Shown here: piece after piece, positions 13,525 to 27,200 of the stretch
Layout: every line of letters begins with the position of its first letter
Position numbering within the stretch: position 1 is the first letter of the stretch
Source: Eledone cirrhosa
Lineage: Eukaryota
Assembly (NCBI GenBank): GCA_964016885.1
Contig: OZ024745.1
Coordinates: 109,554,001-109,618,000, forward strand
Direction: 5' to 3'
Length of the DNA stretch: 64,000 bases
Program-made: the position numbers and the translations under genes
Notes under the pieces: model-generated
Database searches by the model: none
What the model saw: the letters and a program-made list of their open reading frames with translations, nothing else
Told to the model about the DNA's origin: nothing

Positions 13525-14044
13525 TATATATATATATTTGTATGTGTGTATGTGTGTGTATGCTTATGTCCGTGTGTGTATGAGAGAGAGAGAGAGAAAA
13601 GGGAACTAGTAAGCCCATCAAGATCAATTGGTAGGCTGAAACAACTCTCAAGCTGGTTAGGTACTGGACTAATCACAGAGATATATAACAAAATTTTGTA
13701 AATGTCCATGGCTTTCATAACAGGTATAATAGGACAGCAGATAATTATCAGAAAGGAAAATAAGTGATACATTTGGTATAGCTAACTATAAGGATCTTAC
13801 TGTAATGGATTAATTAGCCCTTTTGTTACCATGTTTCTCATGAAAGACATTTTGAAATAATCAAGAATTTGGAGGGATTCACTAACAAAGCTCTCATCTT
13901 GTTAAGCTGATGTTTGAAATATGACTTAACAAAGATTCTTAAATAAAATCATGATGAAAGATTTTTAGATAAATAAAGCAGTTCAAAACAAGCAGTTTTA
14001 TATTGTAGAATCAGGGGACACTTTCAAGCAGCTTGGTATTGAAA

Positions 14045-14365
14045 TGGCTAGTGGGTAGAGCGATAGGCTTACAATCATGAGGTTGTAAGTTCAATTCTCA
14101 GACCTGGGTTTGCATTGTGTTCTTGAGTAAGACACTTTATTTCACATTGCTCCAGTTGCTCAGCTGTAGAAATAGCACCCGAATTTCTCTGAAATCACAT
14201 ACTGCCATATTTAATAAAAGAAAAAAATAATGCATTACATTGGATAATGTAATCCTAGATACACTGTATTTGAAAAACGAAATAGGAAGGATGGTCATAG
14301 ATGGAATGCCTTTTAATCATAAATCTGCTTGATCAGATCTGACCTGGGACTAAGCAACCAACAAC
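14045..14365 (+). mobile_element. SINE B head joined to an old family-C repeat (GAAATAGCA...AAATCACA...CTGACCTGGG..AACAAC)
   Basis: tRNA-like head with GTTCAATTC B-box; family C also recurs near 6305, 19160-19485, 38340, 47270, 47555, 50290, 53785 and 54660. Confidence 0.65.
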
Positions 14366-14903
14366 AATATCTGCTTCACTTTTCACACAAATTCACATTG
14401 TACATCCATTGTTAATTTTCTTTGCTCCTTTCTCTCACTCTAGTTTCTATAAGGTCTTACATATTTAATACACATGTTTCACGACCATGTAACATCACAC
14501 TTCTCTCTTTATGTAATCTGTTGTTTTGCAGACAAAGAGAATCCCATTGTTGTTCACTAGCCATAACAGCTCTCTGAACTTCTTCAAACCCTTTTTTACA
14601 CTATTGATTATGTCACCTGGGAGAAAGTGTTCATGGACTCCATTTACTCAAAGCTCTAACTACAAACTAGTCCTGTACACCTATCACAAAGATCCTTTAC
14701 CAAATCTTCTCTATACACTGCTTACACTGAGTTCATACCACTTTCTTTTTTACTAGTTATTGAACCAAGAGAACTTAATACTTTCACTCAGTGTTAGAAT
14801 CAAATAAAATATATAAACTCTACAGATTAATAATTAATTTCTATGTATCGAACAATCTGTTAAATCTTGTCTTCTTTGTTTTTTAACTAACAATACTAAT
14901 ATG

Positions 14904-14966
<63 letters not shown>

Positions 14967-14972
14967 ATATAT

Positions 14973-15434
14973 ATGGAAAGTTATATTTAAAATTGTTGGG
15001 TTACAACTAGTAAATATTTATAACTGATATAAAAGCACTCGACAAATATTTGGAGTATATTTACAATATTAAATAAATGGAAACTATATTTATAAAACCA
15101 TATTTATTTCATTATATATATTTCGGGGATATCATATTAACAATATGCTATGCCTTCCTCAGACAAAATACAATATAAACAGTTTTATAGATAAATAGAT
15201 TCGACATACCGTTATAACACCGACTTGCATTTGAAGAGGTTAAGCTGGCAGCTTAACCTCTTCAAATGCAAGTCGGTGTTATAACGGTATGTCGAATCTA
15301 TTTATCTATAAAACTGTTTATATTGTATTTTGTCTGTGGAAGGCATAGCATATTGTTAATATGATATCCCCGAAATATATATAATGAAATAAATATGGTT
15401 TTATAAATATAGTTTCCATTTATTTAATATTGTA
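14973..15434 (-). mobile_element. PLE-like element family P2 with a 186-bp-arm palindrome and hammerhead motifs
   Basis: Arms 15062-15247 / 15249-15434 with a 1-nt spacer; unique 3' extension 14973-15061 homologous to ~20700-20795; (TA)n flanks. Confidence 0.85.
15105..15170 (-). ncRNA. Minimal type I hammerhead ribozyme motif (stem II partly degenerate)
   Basis: UAUUUUGU-CUGAGGA-stem II (14 bp, 3 mismatches)-GAAA-UAUAUA-UA-AUGAAAUA; the mirror copy at 15326-15391 (+) has CUGUGGA. Confidence 0.7.
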
Positions 15435-15460
15435 TATATATATATATATATATTATATAT

Positions 15461-15720
15461 TCAAGCAAGAATATTTTCGAAACAGCGAGTGGGTTTGAAA
15501 TTATTACAATGTAAGTTATCGCCGTATTTTGACTAAAGAAATTAAAGAAATTATTTAGCCTGATAGTGGGGTTAAGAACGCTCGGAGAAATGGAAAAAGA
15601 TGAGTATTGACATACATGGGAGTTGAACTATTTCTCCGAGGGTTCTTAACCCCACTATCAGGCTAAATAATTTCTTTAATTTCTTTAGTCAAAATACGGC
15701 GATAGCTTACATTTCTAATA

Positions 15721-15724
<4 letters not shown>
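15461..15724 (-). mobile_element. Fold-back (TA)n-embedded element with ~94-bp arms and ~38-bp spacer
   Basis: Arms 15498-15591 / 15630-15724; one-sided extension 15461-15497. Confidence 0.75.
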
Positions 15725-15781
<57 letters not shown>

Positions 15782-15792
15782 TATATATATAT

Positions 15793-16125
15793 ATAGCTTA
15801 AAATGGAGGGAGAATAAGAAGAAAGCAAGAACGGGGGGAGGAAGTTTTCCTCATCAGTTGTCTACTGGGGGTCTCGGATATTTCCTCGCTTTAAAGACAA
15901 TATATCTACCGCCAGAGTGTTCAATAACTTGGTAAGTTATTGGGAAAACGGAGGAAAACGCTCTGGGCAGTAGATATATTGTCTTTAAAGCATGGAAATA
16001 TCTGAGACCCCCAGTAGACTTTGTGAGGAAAACTCCCCCCACCCACCCCCGTTCTTGCTTTCTTATTATTCTCACTCCATTTTAAGCTACCTTAACTAGC
16101 AACTACACAGCCAATCCTATTCTCC
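15793..16125. mobile_element. Fold-back (TA)n-embedded element (family P3) with ~125-bp diverged arms
   Basis: Arms ~15793-15920 / ~15957-16090; core homologous to 56690-56760. Confidence 0.8.
15841..15915 (-). ncRNA. Candidate non-circularly permuted hammerhead-like RNA
   Basis: AGAUA-UA-UUGUCU-UUAAAGCGAG-GAAA-UAUCC-(12 nt)-AGACAA-CUGAUGA; stems covary with the copy at 56675-56758; no canonical stem II. Confidence 0.55.
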
Positions 16126-16206
16126 ATATATATATATAAATATATATATAGATATATACATGTATATATATATATATACATATATGTATGTATGTATGTA
16201 TATATG

Positions 16207-16316
<110 letters not shown>

Positions 16317-16383
16317 TATATATATAAATATATATATATTAGTCAAAAACAAACACATATGTATGTGTGTATGTATATCTATC

Positions 16384-16425
<42 letters not shown>

Positions 16426-16477
16426 CATAAACACACTAATGTATGTATATATTTATACATATATATATTAGACTGAA

Positions 16478-16561
<84 letters not shown>

Positions 16562-16931
16562 CTGAAACGCGTGATTGTGACTTGGAAGTATTGATGTCAC
16601 ATTCACCGTGTTTTTATATAATAAAATATTTAAGCTCTACTTTAGTAGTGAATCAGTTTTTTCTGTTAATGTGTTTTTTTTTTGTGTGTCTTTATATATA
16701 TTTAAAGAAGAGTAGTTTTGCTAGAAAAGACTCCTTCAACCCATGCAAGCACGGAAAAATGGATGATGATGATGATGGATACACATGCACACATATATAT
16801 ATATATATATTTACAGATGCACACCCTCACACATATGTATATACCTATAAATATACCTATATTTATATACCTATAAATATACCTATAAATATACCTATAA
16901 ATATACCTATAAATACTACTAAACTGCATTA

Positions 16932-17080
16932 GGCAGCGAATTTGCGAAGTCATTAGAACTTCGGCTAGAATGCTTTGCAGTATTTGTTTCAGCTCTCTGA
17001 GTTCGAATCCCGCCGAGGTCAACTTTGCCTTTCATCCATTCATGGTCTATAAAACAAAGTACCAGTCAAGTACTGGGGTT
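16932..17080 (+). mobile_element. SINE family A-related copy
   Basis: GAGTTCGAATCCCGCCGAGGTCAACTTTGCCTTTCATCC. Confidence 0.8.
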
Positions 17081-17936
17081 GATTCTTCCTCTATATATCT
17101 TTCTCACTACCTTTCTCTCACTCTCTCTATCCTTCTATGGAAGAAATCTACTGTATTCAGACCTGCAGAGGAGACGGGCTCTGCTAGGTTTAAAAAATGT
17201 CATTAGAAACACTGTATATTAATATGATGCCCCTATGACTCCCTCAGGAGTTACGGGTCCATACCATACACTAAACTGCAGCCATCATTTGCAATGGAGT
17301 ATGATTTGGTAGCATGTACTAACCTTATGCTAAAGGTTTTAGTTACCCATGCAGTTGTGTACAGACATCCACTTGACTCTCTTTCCTTTGATTCAGTAGA
17401 GCATCCATTCAGTAGAGAGGTGACAGATGAAAAGAACGAGGGATCCCAATACTGGGATAAAGTGGTGGATTTAGGACAAATGAGGCCCCTTACTTGGGTC
17501 CTGAAGGAGGTAAAAAAGTTTTTTTGAAGATTTGATATTATGTGAGATAATTATGTGAGATGAAGCCTTTACCATGAAAATACAATAGTAAATATAGAGC
17601 AATGTAAATGCTGAAGGATTAAATGTGAGATTGTTGAAAGAAGAAAGGACTTAAGTGGTACTTCTCAGTGGACATGAAGGAGGGTCATATCGAAAGATAG
17701 ATGTTTTTAATGCAGGTCATCTCAGAAGAACCCCCAATTTTAGGGACACTTTGTATATATATTTGAAATGTGGGAATCCAAATGCAGAAAATATCTGTAA
17801 GAACAGCTGATCACTATAAATAATAATGAATAGGCTATTTTGTTGGTCCTGGTAAAATAGACAAACATGCTTTTTAAGCCTACATTAATGGCCTCGGTAA
17901 AATAGACCCCCATGCTATATTGCCAGTAAATTTAAA

Positions 17937-17963
17937 TAGGGTTAGGGTTAGGGTTAGGGTTAG
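17937..17963 (+). repeat. Short interstitial (TTAGGG)4 tract
   Basis: TAGGGTTAGGGTTAGGGTTAGGGTTAG. Confidence 0.85.
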
Positions 17964-18049
17964 ATTTTAAATTGTCTTAACAATTGTTGGTGAAAATAAA
18001 CTTCTGTGTTAAATGTGTGTGTTGTTATTTTTAACATAACCTGCCTTCA

Positions 18050-20335
18050 TAATAAGGATTTCTACTTTAGGCACAAGGCCAACAATTTTGGGGGAGTGGA
18101 AAGTCGATTAAATCGACCCCAATGCTTTACTGGTACTTTATTTTATCGACCTCCATAAGGATGAAAGGCAAAGCTAACCCTGGTGGGATTTGAACTCAGA
18201 CCATAAAGGGCCATAATTCTATGTCACAAAGCATGTTATCCGACACTCTACCTATACTGCCAATCCACCATTATAATAATTGTTTCTACTTTTGGCACAA
18301 GGCCAGCAATTACCCAGTGTATTACTGGTAGTTTATTTTATCGACCCCGTAAGGATGAAAGGCAAAGTTAACCTCGACGGGATTTGAACTCAGACCGTAA
18401 AGGGACGTAACTATGCTAGAAAGCATGGCGTCCAACCCTCTACCGATACTGCCAATTCACCGATGACCATGGTTTCATCCATTGCCACAAAAAGGTGACA
18501 TTACAAGGACAAATGATAAAATGTTGGTAAGGTTTACTTTCAGTATGGAAAATATTGATGACTTCCTTGGCAAATTACCTATTTTGTAGGAGAAGTGGCA
18601 TAGTTAATATAAGTGACTTCAGTAAATTGACATAAGATGAATGAGAGACAAGGCTGAATCATATGGGATTTAATACCAAAATAGACAGCAGTCCATGAAA
18701 CCTTGCTTTACATTTATTGGTCATCTCCTTATAAAGATAATAATTGTTTCTACTTTAGGCACAAGGCCAGCAATTACCCAGTACATTACTGGTACTTTAT
18801 TTTATCGACCCCGTAAGGATGAAAGGCAAAGTTAACCTCGGCGGGATTTGAACTCTGACTGTAAAGGGACGTAACTATGCTAGAAAGCATGGCGTCCAAC
18901 CCTCTACCGATACTGCCAATTCACTGCCCTTATAAAGATAATAATAGTTTCTAACAGACTCACAAGGCCAGAAATTTGAAGGGAGAAAGGCAAAGTCGAT
19001 TATATTGACCCCAGTGCATTACTGGGGATTTATTTATCAACCCCTGTATGGATGAAAGGTAAAGCTAACCTTGACAGGATTTGAACTCAGAATGTAAAGG
19101 GATGAAACTCTATGCTGCAAAGATTGGTACATATATGAGCCAATGAATGAACCTCTATGCTAGTCACTTGAACTGCATAAAATAGCAGCCAGTATATGGC
19201 TGGTAACCTTCCTGAATCAACAAGAGATCCTCTATGTTGGTCATTTCATCTGGTAGAAATAGCAGTGAAATAAACCTCAGTTTTATAACATTTACTTACA
19301 GGAACCAACAAGAGAGTCTCTGTCATTCAATTAGCCTACTTGTAATAGCAACCAAATCTTCCTCAAATCACACCCTTCAGTCTTAATAAAAGAAGAACAC
19401 ACTAGATGTCTTGAGAAAAAGAAAAGAAAGCAGAACAGAATTGGTTGAAATGTTTTTGATCAAACTGATCTGGAGTTAAACAAGAAGAATTGACACTTAT
19501 TTTGTAGATCTGAACTCAGAATGTCAAGGTGGAGAAAATTAAGGATTTACTTTAGTAGCCTACCTTCTCTGCTGCTAAACTAGCCTTATAATAATTGTGT
19601 CTACTTTTGGCACAAGGCCAGCAATTATCCAAGTGCATTACTGGTGCTTTATTTTATTGACCTCATAAGGATGAAAGGCAAAATTAATCTTGGCGGGATT
19701 TGAACCCAGACCGTAAAGGGCCATAACTCTATGCTGCAAATCCACCTTGTAATAATTGTTTCTACTTTTGGCACAAGGTATTACTGGTACAAGTGTATTA
19801 CTGGTACTTTATTTTATCAACGCCGTAAGGATGAAAGGCAAAGTTAACCTTGGTGGGATTTGAACTCAGATCATAAAGGGCCGTTACTCTTTGTTGCTAA
19901 GCATGGCGTCAGACCTTCTACCAATACTGATTTCTTGCATGGGCACAAGGCCATGAATTTTGGTAGGAGACAACAGTCAATTAAATCAACCTCAGTACAT
20001 GGCTGGTATTTCTTTTTATTGACCCCAGAAGGACAAAAAACAATGTTGACTTCAACAGAATTAGAACTAAGAATGTACAGAGTCAGAATAAATACTACAT
20101 GGTATTTAGTCTGATGCTCTACCAGTTCTACCAAATAGTGATTTCTAGTTTTGGCACAAGATCACAAGGAAGAATATGTAAGGACCTGTAACTCCTGATG
20201 GGCTCATAGAGGTACCATACTTATATACACCATGTCTTGGGTATTTTTAAACTGGCATAGTCCATGCCTCTCCAAGGAAAAGTATAGTTGATTAAATTGA
20301 CCCAGTACTTGACTGATACTTTATTTTATTAACGT
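18050..20335 (-). mobile_element. Cluster of ~8-9 co-oriented SINE A copies and fragments
   Basis: Copies start near 18055, 18277, 18740, 18943, 19590, 19752, 19935, 20140 and 20280; the copy at 18740-18930 has a TTATAAAGATAATAAT TSD. Confidence 0.85.
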
Positions 20336-20611
20336 CCACGACCACCTTGCAGTGGGAGGGTGTGGTGGCATATTGTCTATATGCTTCAGCTTGTACCCAT
20401 GGGAGGTCGGGTATTCTGTATTACTGATTGACGCCAGAGGTCACGGTCGTGTGTCACCGCCTTTGAGAGGTGTAATTGGGTAAGGTCGGCTTTTATATAT
20501 ATAAATACCTATATATATATATATATATATATATGGGACCTTCCAACAGTAATGGTTGCATTCTTTAAGAGTATGTCAATATTTATTTATTTATAAAACT
20601 GATCTATATTA

Positions 20612-20676
20612 TATTTTATCTGATGAAAGCACACCATAATTTAACTTGGTGTCCTTGAAATATGTATAATGAAATA
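20612..20676 (+). ncRNA. Minimal type I hammerhead ribozyme motif in a P2 element (~20535-20795)
   Basis: UAUUUUAU-CUGAUGA-AAGCACACCA/UGGUGUCCUU-GAAA-UAUGUA-UA-AUGAAAUA; 8-bp stem I, 10-bp stem II with one mismatch. Confidence 0.8.
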
Positions 20677-20795
20677 AATATGGTTTTATAAATACAGTTT
20701 CCATTTGTTAATATCGTATTTTTACTCCAAATATTTGTTCAGTTATAAAAATATTTGCTTGTTGTATCCCAACAATTTAAATAGAACTTTTGCAT

Positions 20796-21150
20796 ATCAT
20801 CATCATCATCATCATCATCATCATTTTACGTCCGCTTTTTCCCTGCTTGCAAGGGTGGGACGGGAACTGATTCTGGCTTGATTTCTACAGCTGGATGCCC
20901 TTCCTAACACCAACCTCATTTACAGTGAGTGCTGGGTGCTTTTTTTGCCTTGGCACCTCCACGACCACTTTGCAGTGGAATGATATGGACCCCAGTCCCT
21001 ATCATCTCATTTCTACAGCTGAGTAAACTGGAGCAATGTGAAATAAAGTGTCTTGCTCAAGGAAACAACACATCACCCAGTCTGAGAATTGAACTCACAA
21101 CCTTTCGATTGCAAGGCCAATGCTCTAACCACTAAGCCATGTGCCGCCAT
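20796..21150 (-). mobile_element. SINE family B, full-length (tRNA head, CORE-like body, RTE-derived 3' tail, (ATG)n)
   Basis: Head TGGCTTAGTGGTTAGAGC...GAGTTCAATTC; 3' ~40 nt match the RTE end at 52299-52338. Confidence 0.88.
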
Positions 21151-21508
21151 ATATATATATACACCTATACCTACTGGAAACTACGCGTCAAGTGCTCACT
21201 CGGGTGAACCTACAGTAACTGGACGTTACATTCCCTATATATATATATATATATGAGTGAGAGAGGGGGAGAGTAGGGGATAGAGGGGGGTGAATGAGGG
21301 GGAGGGAGGAGTGATATAGAGGGGAGAGAGGTGAGAGAGAGATGGGAGAAAGAGAGGGAGAGAGAGAGAGGGACAGATGGGGAGAGAGAGGGGGGAGACA
21401 GAGAGGGAGAGAGAGGGGAGAGGAAAGAGAGAGAGTCTGTATAGTGTACAAGTGGGAGGAAAAGATCAATATGACAGCAACAGCGAATTGTAGTTTCAGT
21501 GACAGCAT

Positions 21509-22480
21509 GGTGGTGGTGGTGGTGGTGGTAGTGGTGGTGGTGGTGGTGGTGGTGGTGGTGGTAGTGGTGGTGGTGGTGGTGGTGGTGGTGGTAGTGGTGG
21601 TGGTGGTGGTGGTGGCGGTGGTGGTGGTGGTGGCGGTGGTGGTGGTGGTGGTGGTGATGGTGGTGGTAGTGGTGGTGGTGGTGGTGGTGGTGGTGGTGGT
21701 GGTGGTAGTGGTGGTGGTGGTGGTGGTGGCGGTGGTGGTGGTGGTGGTGGTGGTGGTGGCGGTGGTGGTGGTGATGGTGGTGGTAGTGGTGGCGGTGGTG
21801 GTGGTGGTGGTGGTGGCGGTGGTGGTGGTGGTGGTGGTGGTGGTGGTGGTGGTAGTGGTGGTGGTGGTGGTGGTGGTGGTGGTGGTGGCGGTGGTGGTGG
21901 TGGTGGTGGTGGTGGTGGTAGTGGTGGTGGTGGTGGTCGCGGTGGCGGTGGTAGTGGTGGTGGTGGTGGTGGTGGTGGTGGTGGCAGTGGTGGTGGTGGT
22001 GGTGGTGGTGGTGGTGGCGGTGGTGGTGGTAGTGGTGGTGGTGGCGGTGGTGGTGGTAGTGGTGGCGGTGGTGGTGGTAGTGGTGGTGGTGGCGGTGGTG
22101 GTGGTGGCAGTGGTGGTGGTGGTGGTGGTGGTGGTGGTGGTGGTGGTGGTGGTGGTGGTGGTGGTGGTGGTAGTGGTGGTGGTGGTGGTCGCGGTGGTGG
22201 TGGTAGTGGTGGTGGTGGTGGTGGTGGTGGTGGGGTGGTGGTGGCAGTGGTGGTGGTGGTGGTGGTGGTGGTGGCGGTGGTAGTGGTGGTGGTGGTGGTG
22301 GTGGTGGTGGTGGCGGTAGTGGTGGTGGTGGTGGTGGCGGTAGTGGTGGTGGTGGTGGTGGTGATGGTAATGGTGGTGATGATGGGTGGTGGTGGTGATG
22401 GTGGTGATGGGTGGTGATGGAGGTGGTGATGGTAATGGTGGTGGTGGTGGTGATGGTAATGGTGGTGGTGGTGGTGGTGG
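21509..22480 (+). repeat. (GGT)n microsatellite
   Basis: Direct. Confidence 0.97.
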
Positions 22481-22744
22481 TTGTTTTTGGTGATGGCTGT
22501 GATCAGTGTAGTGGTAGTGAACGGTGTCGGTGGTGGTAATGGCGGTGTTGGTATTAGTGGTGGTGGCAGTGGTGTCAGTGGTGGGGGTAGTGGTGCCAGT
22601 GGTGGTGGTAGTGGTGCCAGTGGTGGGAGTAGTGGTGCCAGTGGTGGGGGTAGTGGTGTCAGTGGTGGTGGTAATGGTGATAGTTGATGGTTATGTTAGA
22701 TGTGGTCTTGTGGTTGTGGAGATCTTTATGAGTGTATGTGTATG

Positions 22745-23882
22745 TAATATGCATGAGTGTATGTGTGTGAGTGGGTGTGTGATTATGTATATGTGTGAGT
22801 GTGTATGTGTGTGAGTGGGTGTGTGATTAGGTATATGTGTGAGTGTGTATGTGTGTGAGTGGGTGTGTGATTAGGTATATGTGTGAGTGTGTATGTGTGT
22901 GAGTGTGTGTGTGATTATGTATATGTGTGAGTGTGTATGTGTGTGAGTGGGTGTGTGATTAGGTATATGTGTGAGTGTGTATGTGTGTGAGTGGGTGTGT
23001 GATTATGTATATGTGTGAGTGTGTATGTGTGTGAGTGGGTGTGTGATTAGGTATATGTGTGAGTGTGTATGTGTGTGAGTGGGTGTGTGATTATGTATAT
23101 GTGTGTGAGTGGGTGTGTGATTATGTATATGTGTGAGTGCGTATGTGTGTGAGTGGGTGTGTGATTATGTATATGTGTGAGTGCGTATGTGTGTGAGTGG
23201 GTGTGTGATTATGTATATGTGTGAGTGTGTATGTGTGTGAGTGGGTGTGTGATTAGGTATATGTGTGAGTGTGTATGTGTGTGAGTGTATGTGTGATTAT
23301 GTATATGTGTGAGTGTGTATGTGTGTGAGTGGGTGTGTGATTATGTATATGTGTGAGTGTGTATGTGTGTGAGTGGGTGTGTGATTATGTATATGTGTGA
23401 GTGTGTATGTGTGTGAGTGGGTGTGTGATTAGGTATGCGTGAGTGTGTATGTGTTTGAGTGGGTGTGTGATTATGTATATGTGTGTGAGTGGGTGTGTGA
23501 TTATGTATATGTGTGAGTGTGTATGAGTGTGAGTGGGTGTGAGATTATGTATATGTGTGAGTGCGTATGTGTGTGAGTGGGTGTGTGTTTATGTATATGT
23601 GTGAGTGTGTATGTGTGTGAGTGGGTGTGTGATTAGGTATATGTGTGAGTGTGTATGTGTGTGAGTGGGTGTGTGATTATGTATATGTTTGAGTGTGTAT
23701 GTGTGTGAGTGTGTATGTGTGTGAGTGGGTGTGTGATTAGGTATATGTGTGAGTGCGTATGTGTGTGAGTGGGTGTGTGATTATGTATATGTGTGAGTGT
23801 GTATGTGTGTGAGTGTGTACGTGTGTGAGTGGGTGTGTGATTATGTATATGTGTGAGTGTGTATGTGTGTGAGTGTGTATGT
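22745..23882 (+). repeat. 44-bp GT-rich minisatellite (~25 copies)
   Basis: GATTA(T/G)GT recurs at 22781, 22825, ... Confidence 0.92.
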
Positions 23883-24239
23883 GGAGTGCTAGAAATGCTA
23901 GGAGTGGAGGAAGGTGGAGGTATGCAGAGAGTGGAGGACAGTGGAGGGAGGGAAACAAACTGATTATCTCATTGCCTCTTATAAACTGGTTAAGCAAGCT
24001 CCAGCCATCAAACACCACCACACACACACACACACATACACAGACACACACACACACACACACACACATACACACACATATATACTCTACATCTAATCAT
24101 ACACCCTCTCTACTTCTCCCTCCCGCTACACCCTGTCAAGCGGGAGTGGGAGGTGGCTGGCAGTGGGTAAGGTGTGATGGCCACGGTAGGGTGGGTTAAG
24201 GAAATAGTATGAGTGCCTGCTTTCATTTGTTTGCCAAGC

Positions 24240-27200
24240 TCACTGTCATCATCATCATTATCATCACAATCAGCACAAACGCCTACAACCTCATCATCAT
24301 CATCACCATCATCATCACTGTCATCACCACTGTCACCATCGCCAACACCATCACCATCATCACCATCACCATCACTGTCACCACCACCACCACCATCACC
24401 ATCATCACTGTCACCATCACTGTCACCACCACCACCACCACCATCACCATCACTGTCACCATCAGCATCACCATCATAATCACTGTCACCACCACCATCA
24501 CTGTCACCATCACCACCACCATCACCATCACTGTCATCATCACCATCACCATCACCATCACTGTCATCATCACCACCATCACTGTCATCATCACTAACAC
24601 CATCACTGTCATCACCATCACCATCACCATCACTGTCATCACCATCACATTACTGTCACCATAACAACCATCACTGTCATCACCATCACATCACTGTCAC
24701 CATCATCACCATCACTGTCATCACCATCACCATCACTGTCATCACCACCATCACTGTCATCACCATCATATCACTGTCATCACCATCACCATCACTGTCA
24801 TCACCACCACCATCACTGTCATCACCATCACATCACTGTCATCACCACCACCATCACTGTCATCATCACCACCATCACTGTCATCACCATCACCATCACT
24901 GTCATCACCACCATCACTGTCATCACCATCACATCACTGTCATCACCATCACCATCACTGTCATCACCACCATCACTGTCATCACCACCACCATCACTGT
25001 CATCACCACCACCATCACTGTCATCACCATCACCATCACTGTCATCACCACCACCATCACTGTCATCACCACCACCATCACTGTCATCACCATCACCATC
25101 ACTGTCATCACCATCACCATCACTGTCACTTTCATCACCACCATCACTGTCATCACCACCACCATCACTGTCACCACCACCACCATCACTGTCACCACCA
25201 CCACCATCACTGTCATCACCATCACATCACTGTCATCACCACCACCATCACTGTCACCGCCACCACCATCACTGTCATCACCACCATCACTGTCATCACC
25301 ACCACCATCACTGTCACCACCACCACCATCACTGTCATCACCATCACCATCACTGTCATCACCACCACCATCACTGTCATCACCACCACCATCACTGTCA
25401 TCACCATCACATCACTGTCATCACCATCACATCACTGTCATCACCATCACCATCACCATCACTGTCATCACCACCACCATCACTGTCATCACCACCACCA
25501 TCACTGTCACCACCACCACCATCACTGTCATCACCACCACCATCACTGTCATCACCACCACCATCACTGTCATCACCACCACCATCACTGTCACCACCAC
25601 CACCATCACTGTCATCACCATCACCATCACTGTCATCACCACCACCATCACTGTCACCACCACCACCATCACTGTCATCACCATCACCATCACTGTCACC
25701 ACCATCACATCACTGTCATCACCATCACATCACTGTCATCACCATCACATCACTGTCATCACCATCACCATCACTGTCATCACCACCACCATCACTGTCA
25801 TCACCACCACCATCACTGTCACCACCACCACCATCACTGTCATCACCACCACCATCACTGTCATCACCACCACCATCACTGTCATCACCACCACCATCAC
25901 TGTCATCACCACCACCATCACTGTCACCACCACCACCATCACTGTCATCACCATCACCATCACTGTCATCACCACCACCATCACTGTCACCACCACCACC
26001 ATCACTGTCATCACCACCACCATCACTGTCATCACCACCACCATCACTGTCACCACCACCACCATCACTGTCATCACCACCACCATCACTGTCACCACCA
26101 CCACCATCACTGTCATCACCACCACCATCACTGTCATCACCACCACCATCACTGTCACCACCACCACCATCACTGTCATCACCATCACCATCACTGTCAC
26201 CACCATCACATCACTGTCATCACCATCACATCACTGTCATCACCATCACCATCACTGTCATCACCATCACCATCACTGTCATCACCACCACCATCACTGT
26301 CATCACCATCATATCACTGTCATCACCATCATATCACTGTCATCACCATCACCATCACTGTCATCACCACCACCATCACTGTCATCACCACCACCATCAC
26401 TGTCATCACCATCATATCACTGTCATCACCATCATATCACTGTCACCACCATCACATCACTGTCATCACCATCACATCACTGTCATCACCATCACATCAC
26501 TGTCATCACCACCACCATCACTGTCATCACCATCACATCACTGTCATCACCACCACCATCACTGTCATCACCATCATATCACTGTCACCACCATCACATC
26601 ACTGTCATCACCATCACATCACTGTCATCACCATCACATCACTGTCATCACCACCACCATCACTGTCATCACCATCATATCACTGTCATCACCATCATAT
26701 CACTGTCACCACCATCACATCACTGTCATCACCATCACATCACTGTCATCACCATCACCATCACTGTCATCACCATCATATCACTGTCATCACCATCACC
26801 ATCACCATCACTGTCACCACCACCACCATCACTGTCATCACCATCACCATCACTGTCATCACCACCACCATCACTGTCATCACCACCACCATCACTGTCT
26901 TCACCATCACCATCACTGTCTTCACCATCACCATCACTGTCTTCACCACCACCATCACTGTCACCACCATCACATCACTGTCACCACCACCATCATATCA
27001 CTGTCAGCACCATCACCATCACCATCACTGTCATCACCACCACCATCACTGTCATCACCACCACCATCACTGTCATCACCACCACCATCACTGTCTTCAC
27101 CATCACCATCACTGTCTTCACCACCACCATCACTGTCACCACCATCACATCACTGTCATCACCATCACATCACTGTCATCACCATCACCATCACTGTCAT

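Noticed and set aside
17937-17963. Telomere or chromosome-fusion scar
   Set aside because: Only about four units, embedded in dispersed-repeat-like sequence
21172-21236. GAAACTACGCGTC, resembling the 3' half of the 54.5-kb hammerhead
   Set aside because: No CUGANGA half or stem I partner; at most a truncated remnant
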